Assembly (NCBI GenBank): GCA_000388065.2
Contig: KB932208.1
Direction: 5' to 3' (one strand)
Length of the DNA stretch: 7,805 bases
Origin: Fonticula alba ATCC 38817
Lineage: Eukaryota; Protista; Nucleariida
The notes beneath the pieces are model-generated. The model worked only from the letters and a program-made list of their open reading frames with translations, had not been told where the DNA came from and made no database searches. The position numbers were made by a program, and so were the translations under genes. Numbering within the stretch: the first letter of the stretch is position 1; each line of letters starts with the position of its first letter. This document shows positions 1 through 6,593 of the stretch, piece by piece.

Positions 1-36
1 GGCAGGGCGGGGCAAAGTGCGTGGGAGGGGGGGCAG
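1..36. repeat. 36-bp exact copy of 3300-3335
   Basis: ggcagggcggggcaaagtgcgtgggagggggggcag occurs at 1-36 and at 3300-3335, where it runs directly into gap 2. Confidence 0.95.
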
Positions 37-74
37 GGCGGCAGAGGCGGAAGGAGGCGGCGGCCGGAAACGCC

Positions 75-77
<3 letters not shown>

Positions 78-118
<41 letters not shown>

Positions 119-128
119 GGGGGGGGGG
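78..128. repeat. (GA)15 microsatellite followed by G21, intronic in the FBXL gene
   Basis: Read directly. It lies downstream of the minus-strand GTACGT donor at 145-140. Confidence 0.9.
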
Positions 129-145
129 CGGAGGGAAACACGTAC

Positions 146-231
146 GGTGATCCAGTTGGGGGACATTTGCACGAGGCCGCTTAGATTGATGGACTCGACG
201 CTCTGAAAGATGGGGACCAGCTGGTCGATGC
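146..231 (-). CDS. FBXL LRR exon (displaced fragment): (S)IDQLVPIFQSVESINLSGLVQMSPNWIT
   Basis: Acceptor TGCAG ends at 232 and donor GTACGT starts at 145. The exon is 86 nt, phase 1 to phase 0, and contains the LRR-like VESINLSGL. This frame is not in the ORF track. Confidence 0.85.
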
Positions 232-415
232 CTGCACAAAGGGCGGCGAGTTGTGAGAGTGGGCAGGCACGGGAAGAAGAACATGAGCTTTCCGAGGAAG
301 GGCGGAGGGAGGCGGCGCGAGCGAGCGAGAAAGAGGGAGAGAGAGAGGGGGGGGGGGAGGGGAGGACGCCGCAAGCGGCAGCAGCTCACCGAAGACACCC
401 GGGGCAGGCACGTAC

Positions 416-610
416 TCCGGAGATTGGGCATCCAGCTGAGGTCCAGGGTGCGGAGCCTGAGCACCGAGGAGGGCCGTCCGCAGCGGGGGGCGATCACGTC
501 GGCGAACCAGTCGCAATCGAGCCCGGTCTGTGAGAGGTTGAGGTGCCGCAGGCATTTCCCAACGCCGGTGAGCAGCGCGCGTGCATCGCGGCGGCCGATG
601 TTGGATCGGG
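416..610 (-). CDS. FBXL LRR exon (displaced fragment): (S)RSNIGRRDARALLTGVGKCLRHLNLSQTGLDCDWFADVIAPRCGRPSSVLRLRTLDLSWMPNLR
   Basis: A poly-C tract plus AG acceptor ends at 611 and donor GTACGT starts at 415. The exon is 195 nt, phase 1 to phase 1, with two clear LRRs (LRHLNLSQTGL, LRTLDLSWMPNL). Confidence 0.9.
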
Positions 611-621
611 CTGGGGGGGGG

Positions 622-1206
622 NNNNNNNNNNNNNNNNNNNNNNNNNNNNNNNNNNNNNNNNNNNNNNNNNNNNNNNNNNNNNNNNNNNNNNNNNNNNNNN
701 NNNNNNNNNNNNNNNNNNNNNNNNNNNNNNNNNNNNNNNNNNNNNNNNNNNNNNNNNNNNNNNNNNNNNNNNNNNNNNNNNNNNNNNNNNNNNNNNNNNN
801 NNNNNNNNNNNNNNNNNNNNNNNNNNNNNNNNNNNNNNNNNNNNNNNNNNNNNNNNNNNNNNNNNNNNNNNNNNNNNNNNNNNNNNNNNNNNNNNNNNNN
901 NNNNNNNNNNNNNNNNNNNNNNNNNNNNNNNNNNNNNNNNNNNNNNNNNNNNNNNNNNNNNNNNNNNNNNNNNNNNNNNNNNNNNNNNNNNNNNNNNNNN
1001 NNNNNNNNNNNNNNNNNNNNNNNNNNNNNNNNNNNNNNNNNNNNNNNNNNNNNNNNNNNNNNNNNNNNNNNNNNNNNNNNNNNNNNNNNNNNNNNNNNNN
1101 NNNNNNNNNNNNNNNNNNNNNNNNNNNNNNNNNNNNNNNNNNNNNNNNNNNNNNNNNNNNNNNNNNNNNNNNNNNNNNNNNNNNNNNNNNNNNNNNNNNN
1201 NNNNNN
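622..1206. other. Assembly gap, 585 N
   Basis: Run of N flanked by G9 on the left and a C-rich tract on the right. Confidence 0.99.
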
Positions 1207-1285
1207 CCCGCTCCCCCCCCCCCTCGCCGGCCTCGTCCCCCCTGTCGCGGCAGCCCGCTTGTCCCGGCCCGCGCGCGCGCGCACC

Positions 1286-1884
1286 ATGTCCTCGCAGTCT
1301 GGCACGCCGCCGCCCCTCGGGCTCTTCGTCGAGCGCTGGGTCAGCAATCCGATGTCCGACTGGACCACGGTGGACTGGATGAACTCCGGCATTCTGCTGG
1401 ACACTTGCCACCATCCGCACCGGGATCCCGATGTCCCGATTTCCCTGTGCCTGGTGTGCTTCTCGCGGCACTGGTTCAACTTCCTGGAAGCACACTCCTT
1501 CTTCTTCCTGCCGCCGGCGCACTATGGCGGCCCGCTCCCGGCATACGTGGTCCCGGACTACGGGTCAACTGCCCACCTGCCGGGGAGCGAGCTGCAGCTG
1601 TGCCATGCCCCGCGGCTGGACGTGTCGCCCATCGTTTTGGCCATCAGCCTGGCCCGGGCCCCGGGGATAGGGGGCTCCGGGGCCAAGGCCGACACCGCCG
1701 CCGCCCCCGCCCCCGCCGCCGCCCCCGCCACCACCACCAGTGCGGTCGAGCGTCCAGCCGCGCCGCTGCGACTCTTCCAGGCACTGCCCTTCCGTGTGGC
1801 GGATCCGGCCGTCCGGTCGATCCCGGCGGCCGGCGGCGCAGCCACCCCACCGGGCCCAGCCCCGGCCCCGGGCGCAGGCCCCCC

Positions 1885-1915
<31 letters not shown>

Positions 1916-2388
1916 GCCCCCGGCCCACCGACCACCGCCGCCACGTCCCTCTATTTTCTCCTTCAGTCCCCGCCGCAGGATTCGAATGCCCGAAGCTCGG
2001 CGCAGAATCTGCGCCGGCGATCGCGCGTCCGCGAGCGCGTCCGCAAAGCCGCCCAGCTGGAGTTCGGCTACTACGACCCGGCCAACATGCCGGACCTGCA
2101 TCTGTCCTCGCGGCCGGCCCCGGGCGGCGACGGCAGCGGGGGCGACGACCCAGCCGGTCCGGCCGGCTCATCGACCACGCCGCCGCCCATGCCGCCGGTT
2201 CCCCCGCACCAGGAGAACTATCTGTACTTTCCGCCGCGCATCCGGCCGATCGCCGATGTCTCGGCCTTTTGCCGAGCCGGTGCCGTGGCCGCCCGGCGCC
2301 CTTCGCCCCCCTCCAAGCGGGAGCCCGACACATTCCCCCTCTCGGCTATGGACGCTGCGCAGCAGCATTCACAGCCTCAGCAGCAGGC

Positions 2389-2425
<37 letters not shown>

Positions 2426-2428
2426 TAG
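1286..2428 (+). CDS. Hypothetical protein, 380 aa. Hydrophobic Cys/His-containing N-terminal region, Ala/Pro-rich linkers, basic cluster, C-terminal polyQ
   Basis: ATG in gcaccATG context at 1286 and TAG at 2426-2428, with strong G/C third-position bias and a protein-like N-terminal sequence. No family recognised. A possible acceptor (GCAG ending at 1253) means an upstream exon could be hidden in gap 1. Confidence 0.75.
1886..1918 (+). repeat. GCT(GCC)10 encoding Ala11
   Basis: Read directly, in frame with 1286-2428. Confidence 0.9.
2390..2419 (+). repeat. (CAG)10 encoding C-terminal polyQ
   Basis: Read directly. It is followed by CGA CAG TAG. Confidence 0.9.
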
Positions 2429-2459
2429 TTGTAGTCCCCCGTCGTATGCGCGCCAGCCT

Positions 2460-2536
2460 CCGCCCCGCCCCGCCCCGCCCCGCCCCCCCCCCTCTCTCTC
2501 TCTTTATACATACACACGCACATGCGCCTGTCGACC

Positions 2537-2575
<39 letters not shown>
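2460..2575. repeat. Compound simple-repeat cluster: (GCCCC)n, C-run, (CT)n, (CCCA)n, (CA)15
   Basis: Read directly, between the two convergent stop codons. Confidence 0.9.
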
Positions 2576-2577
<2 letters not shown>

Positions 2578-2686
2578 CGAGTCGGGGCGGGCCCTTTGCG
2601 GGAGCCCAAAATCGGGGGGTTGCTGTTGGGGAAGGTGCCGCAGGCAAGCGCGGCATGTATTGTCCGTCAAGACCCTCGTCCGGGCT

Positions 2687-3265
2687 TCACTCAAGCACCA
2701 GCAATATCGATGGGTCAATGTCGAAGGGTGACTGGAGCAGGTCCAGTCCGTCGGGGGCCTGGGGCTTGGGATCGCCTCGGTCCTCTCGAAGGGGCAGCAC
2801 CCGGATGGCCGAGGACCGGCGCGCCGGCTCGGAAGGGGAGGTCGACAGCAGGGGCCGCCGCTCGTCCAGCGTGGCGACGGCCGCCGCGGCGCCTCCCCCG
2901 CGCGGAGGCCCGTGCCCCAGGGAGGTGGTCACGCGAAACCGAGCGACCGGGGCCCCGCGACTCGCTAGTCGGCAGAGGTCTGGTATTATTTCGGCTTTTT
3001 GAAGGTCATTGATTATGGGGTGGGGGGGGGGGGGGCATAAGGCCAGCGGGGGAGGGGGGCGCACCACGCGCAGAGATCGCAGGCGAGTCAGCACCGGCAG
3101 GGCCGACGGGAGGATGAGTGGCCGAGACCGGCGGATGCTGAGGAGGGCCAGCGGGGGCGGGGGCAGACCCCGGGCTCCGGTCACCAGGGGGAGGATGTCG
3201 CTGGGCTGGATGTCGGTGATGTCATTCAGGAGGAGCTTCTGCAGCCGGGGGAGATTTGAAAAAAT
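2687..3265 (-). CDS. FBXL terminal exon region: IFSNLPRLQKLLLNDITDIQPSDILPLV...LTRLRSLRV, then either read-through to ...SILLVLE* (TGA 2689-2687) or splicing of 3064-2980 to give TSAD*
   Basis: Branch-like ACTAAT at 3289-3284 and CCAG acceptor ending at 3266, phase 0. LRR-like LQKLLLNDI and LRSLRV are present. The part 3265-3065 is well supported; the C-terminus is uncertain. Confidence 0.75.
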   Translation of the reverse strand: MFSNLPRLQKLLLNDITDIQPSDILPLVTGARGLPPPPLALLSIRRSRPLILPSALPVLTRLRSLRVVRPPPPLALCPPPPHPIINDLQKAEIIPDLCRLASRGAPVARFRVTTSLGHGPPRGGGAAAAVATLDERRPLLSTSPSEPARRSSAIRVLPLREDRGDPKPQAPDGLDLLQSPFDIDPSILLVLE

Positions 3266-4678
3266 CTGGACCAGCAAGGAGGCATTAGTGTCGGGTGTCG
3301 GCAGGGCGGGGCAAAGTGCGTGGGAGGGGGGGCAGNNNNNNNNNNNNNNNNNNNNNNNNNNNNNNNNNNNNNNNNNNNNNNNNNNNNNNNNNNNNNNNNN
3401 NNNNNNNNNNNNNNNNNNNNNNNNNNNNNNNNNNNNNNNNNNNNNNNNNNNNNNNNNNNNNNNNNNNNNNNNNNNNNNNNNNNNNNNNNNNNNNNNNNNN
3501 NNNNNNNNNNNNNNNNNNNNNNNNNNNNNNNNNNNNNNNNNNNNNNNNNNNNNNNNNNNNNNNNNNNNNNNNNNNNNNNNNNNNNNNNNNNNNNNNNNNN
3601 NNNNNNNNNNNNNNNNNNNNNNNNNNNNNNNNNNNNNNNNNNNNNNNNNNNNNNNNNNNNNNNNNNNNNNNNNNNNNNNNNNNNNNNNNNNNNNNNNNNN
3701 NNNNNNNNNNNNNNNNNNNNNNNNNNNNNNNNNNNNNNNNNNNNNNNNNNNNNNNNNNNNNNNNNNNNNNNNNNNNNNNNNNNNNNNNNNNNNNNNNNNN
3801 NNNNNNNNNNNNNNNNNNNNNNNNNNNNNNNNNNNNNNNNNNNNNNNNNNNNNNNNNNNNNNNNNNNNNNNNNNNNNNNNNNNNNNNNNNNNNNNNNNNN
3901 NNNNNNNNNNNNNNNNNNNNNNNNNNNNNNNNNNNNNNNNNNNNNNNNNNNNNNNNNNNNNNNNNNNNNNNNNNNNNNNNNNNNNNNNNNNNNNNNNNNN
4001 NNNNNNNNNNNNNNNNNNNNNNNNNNNNNNNNNNNNNNNNNNNNNNNNNNNNNNNNNNNNNNNNNNNNNNNNNNNNNNNNNNNNNNNNNNNNNNNNNNNN
4101 NNNNNNNNNNNNNNNNNNNNNNNNNNNNNNNNNNNNNNNNNNNNNNNNNNNNNNNNNNNNNNNNNNNNNNNNNNNNNNNNNNNNNNNNNNNNNNNNNNNN
4201 NNNNNNNNNNNNNNNNNNNNNNNNNNNNNNNNNNNNNNNNNNNNNNNNNNNNNNNNNNNNNNNNNNNNNNNNNNNNNNNNNNNNNNNNNNNNNNNNNNNN
4301 NNNNNNNNNNNNNNNNNNNNNNNNNGGGGGCGGGAGCCGGGCGCGGGGCGGGAGGTCAGTCGCGGCGGGGAGACGCGAAAGGGCCTGGAGCTCGCAGCGA
4401 AGCGGGGCAGCGCGTCGGAGGGACACATACACAGGTCCAGGGTGACAAGGTCCGGGAACTGGCAGCTGCTCAGGAAGGCCCACGTCTCGGCCGGGAGCTT
4501 GGCCGAGTGGAGCTGGAGCACACGCAGGCCGCGGCAAACCAGCGGCACCGGCGTCAAGACCGATTCCACCGGGCGTCGGGGGGAGTCGCGTGGCCGTGAC
4601 ACGCAGATGCTCAGCAGCTCCGGCTGCTTGCGCAGGAAGTAGTATATCCGATCGGGACAGATGTGGCCTGGATGGTGG

Positions 4679-4719
<41 letters not shown>

Positions 4720-5270
4720 GAGAGTGAGTGACAAAAAAAGATGACGGCGGGCGGCTTCAGATCGGGATGTGCAACAGCCGGCACGGCAAGGGCAGGGCAC
4801 GCGCGAGGGCGCACGACCAGACCACATTGCCCCCCTGCCCACCTGCCCGCAGGGCCTCGCTGGATGCGCTCACTCCGTCGGCCCCGGCTGGCGTGGCACG
4901 TACCCTTCAGCTGGATGTACTTGAAGCCTGGCCAGCGAGTCGCCATGAAGGCCATGCGTCGACTGGTGGTGGCCAGCGCGGCGATGGTGGCCGCGCAGGA
5001 AATGTGGCTCAGGACCTGGTCCATGATCTCGGTGGGCAGGGCTTGGAGCAGGGAGAAGCTGGACGGCGGGGTCGGGGGCGGTGGGGTGGCGGCCATCGGG
5101 TGCAGAGACGCCGGGTAGTGGATCACCATGCCAGGGGTCTCGGGGCAGGAGCCGACCGGCGACCCGGGCCCAGGGCGCCGAGGCGTCATGGCCGTGTCCG
5201 TCGCCGCCAACGGGGGCGTTTGGGGACCGGTGGGGATGTGGCTTTGGATCGGACCCGAGGAGGAGTGTGG

Positions 5271-5361
<91 letters not shown>

Positions 5362-6007
5362 GACGACGACGACGATGGCGGCGGCGGCGGCGGCGGCGCG
5401 GCAACCAGGGGTGGCGGCTCCGACAGCGGGCCCTGCGGCGCAGGTGACCGGAGTGTGGCCAGGGACGTCGATGCAAAGAGCAGCCCGCGGGGGCCTTCCT
5501 CGTCTAGTTGGCACTCGCTGTCACTCAGAAGCAAGAGCTCGGAGGCTGGCCGAGGGGGGTCAGTACGAATCAGGGGGCACACAGGGGCCAGAGGGGGAGG
5601 GGGGCTGAGAGGACAGCGGAGGGGCAGCGCGCGTGCCCAGCACGGCGCCGAGCACGCAAACCCCAGGGCCCGGTGCGCATACAGAGTGGGGAAGGCATGG
5701 GGAAATCCGAGAGAGAGGGAGAGAGAGAGAGAGAGACGAGGAGAGCAGGGCAGGGCCACGTACAGGGGGTGTCTCCAGGAGCGAGGGGGGGCTCGCCCTG
5801 CAGCGCGTGCCCTGGCCGACGACAAGCTTTCAGCGAGGGCGAGAGGTTCGGGCAGACGGTGGTCCGGTCGGGGCCGGCATGGCGCTTGGCCGGGCGCCCA
5901 TGCCTGGCCAGGTGCGACATGGGCCCGCCGGCGTTGGGTGCGCCGGCCCCGTCGCCGGTGCCGTCATCATCGGGCCGGGGGCGCCTGGTGGCTGAAATGA
6001 TGGCCAT
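2687..6007 (-). CDS. Multi-exon F-box/LRR-repeat (FBXL-like) gene, probable SCF ubiquitin-ligase substrate receptor. Exon order: 6007-5764, 5545-4904, 4667-4431, [610-416, 231-146, displaced to the window start], 3265-2687 (or 3265-3065 plus 2979-2965)
   Basis: There is an F-box-like motif (SLLQALPTEIMDQVLSHISCAATIAALATTSRRM) followed by about eight LxxLxL-type repeats. All five junctions between the six exons are GT-AG and phase-compatible. The first five exons sum to 1404 nt (468 codons), matching the phase-0 start of the last exon. Family assignment is from motif recognition only. The 5' end is uncertain. Confidence 0.85.
3336..4325. other. Assembly gap, 990 N, inside the FBXL gene
   Basis: Run of N. 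The right flank starts with G5. Confidence 0.99.
4431..4667 (-). CDS. FBXL exon: (G)HICPDRIYYFLRKQPELLSICVS...LRVLQLHSAKLPAETWAFLSSCQFPDLVTLDL
   Basis: Acceptor CCAG ends at 4668 and donor GTATGT starts at 4430. The exon is 237 nt, phase 1 to phase 1, with LRR motifs LRVLQLHS and LVTLDL. Confidence 0.9.
4681..4716. repeat. (TG)18 microsatellite, intronic; (CA)18 on the sense strand
   Basis: Read directly, within intron 4903-4668. Confidence 0.95.
4904..5545 (-). CDS. FBXL exon with the polyP/polyS/polyQ tract and the F-box motif (about 5057-4932)
   Basis: Branch-like TACTGAC at 5565-5559, CCAG acceptor ending at 5546, and GTACGT donor starting at 4903. The exon is 642 nt, phase 1 to phase 1. 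LPTEIMDQVLSHI...LATTSRRM matches the LPxE(I/L)...(I/V)(F/L)..L...L..(V/T)(C/S)(K/R) pattern of F-box domains. Confidence 0.88.
5271..5360 (-). repeat. (CAG)28-CAA-CAG encoding Gln30, preceded by (TCG)5 Ser and Pro7 codons
   Basis: The 90-nt CTG tract on the plus strand has a single TTG interruption at 5274-5276. It is in frame with the F-box. Confidence 0.92.
5709..5736. repeat. Interrupted (GA)n microsatellite, intronic
   Basis: Read directly, within intron 5763-5546. Confidence 0.9.
5764..6007 (-). CDS. FBXL 5' coding exon: MAIISATRRPRPDDDGTG...APGDTP
   Basis: GTACGT donor at 5763 is phase 1, matching the next exon. The exon begins with ATG immediately after an ACAG acceptor (6011-6008). 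It could be the first coding exon or an internal one. The peptide is low-complexity, so support comes mainly from splice signals. Confidence 0.65.
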
Positions 6008-6172
6008 CTGTCAGCCGGAGGAAAGGGCAACAGGGTGGGGGAGGCGCGCCGCGCGAGAGCCACCGAGAGGCAGCCACAGCTGGCGGAAACCAAGAGCAAG
6101 GCGGGGGCCGCGCGCCAGGGAACTGGGGGGAGGGGGGGGGGGAGGGGGGAGAGGAGGCGGTCGTGCTGGCAC

Positions 6173-6316
6173 TGGTGCATCGCTGGTCCGCAGCGGGCGT
6201 CGGCAAATAGCCCGCATGCTGGCGGCCGATCGTGCAGGCGGGCCTCGGGCGCGCCGCGGCAAGAACGGTGTCTGCCCGTCGAGCGGTGAGGCATGCTCCA
6301 GGGTGTGTGCAGCCAT
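6173..6316 (-). CDS. Possible further upstream FBXL exon: MAAHTLEHASPLDGQTPFLPRR...LRTSDAP
   Basis: It is in frame with ATG 6007 through a 165-nt C-rich candidate intron (6172-6008). The donor GTGCCA departs from the GTAYGT donors used elsewhere in this gene. Confidence 0.3.
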
Positions 6317-6546
6317 CCCCGGGCGGAACGGCACCTGCAAGCTGGGCGGCAGGCCGACTGGCCGACCGCCGATGGGCCCGGCAGAGGGGGGCCCCGGATC
6401 CCGGGGCCCGGGATGTCCCCGGGCAGGCGGCCTGGGCGGAAGGAAACACGCAGGTGACGATCTGGCCCCACGGCCACTGGTGGGGGCCCTGGCCGGGCGG
6501 CCCGCGCCAGCAAGCAACCGAGAGGGGAGGGAGGGGGGCGGATTCT

Positions 6547-6593
6547 CACACATGCGCGCGCGCGCGCTCGCCCGCCCGCCCGCCCGCCCGCCC
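6547..6593. repeat. Alternating purine-pyrimidine tract (6547-6567) adjoining (GCCC)6
   Basis: Read directly, upstream of the FBXL coding region. Confidence 0.85.

Noticed and set aside
385-389. Alternative GTGAG donor at 389 (minus strand)
   Set aside because: It is phase 0. Joined to the acceptor at 232 it reads ASTSWSPSFRASSPSI and stops at 183-181, losing the LRR frame. The GTACGT donor at 415 preserves the frame.
1766-1805. RLFQALPFRVAD in the plus ORF resembles SLLQALPTEIMD of the F-box
   Set aside because: The match is only QALP and the rest of the F-box pattern is absent, so chance is likely.
2210-2232. ENYLYFP resembles the TEV protease site ENLYFQ
   Set aside because: Spacing and the P1 residue differ and there is no polyprotein context.
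181-4842. Very long ORFs in the supplied track (253..3012, 181..1479, 2687..4681, 3009..4445, 3226..4842 and others)
   Set aside because: They are open only because N codons contain no stops and GC-rich DNA is stop-poor. Only sub-segments are real exons.
5265-5400. Resemblance to huntingtin exon 1 ((CAG)n-CAA-CAG with neighbouring polyPro)
   Set aside because: The polyPro lies before rather than after the polyQ and the flanking sequence is unrelated. This is convergence of simple repeats, not homology.
4728-6000. Poly-Cys, poly-Leu, poly-Ala and poly-Ser ORFs over the CTG/CAG tract
   Set aside because: These are shadow frames of the same repeat. Only the Gln frame is continuous with the F-box and has matching splice phases. 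There is no evidence here for repeat-associated non-ATG translation.
1286-6007. Functional link between the two convergent polyQ-containing genes (for example ligase and substrate)
   Set aside because: Adjacency and shared simple repeats are not evidence of interaction in a repeat-rich eukaryotic genome.
6008-6014. CTGAC branch-like motif fused to the acceptor (CTGACAG-ATG), as in protists with fused branch/3' sites
   Set aside because: Other introns in this gene have branch-like motifs about 12-18 nt upstream of the AG, so one case does not support a fused system.
6398-6414. Perfect inverted repeat ATCCCGGG-G-CCCGGGAT
   Set aside because: An 8-bp stem with a 1-nt loop is expected by chance in very GC-rich DNA. 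There is no associated terminator or transposon-end structure.
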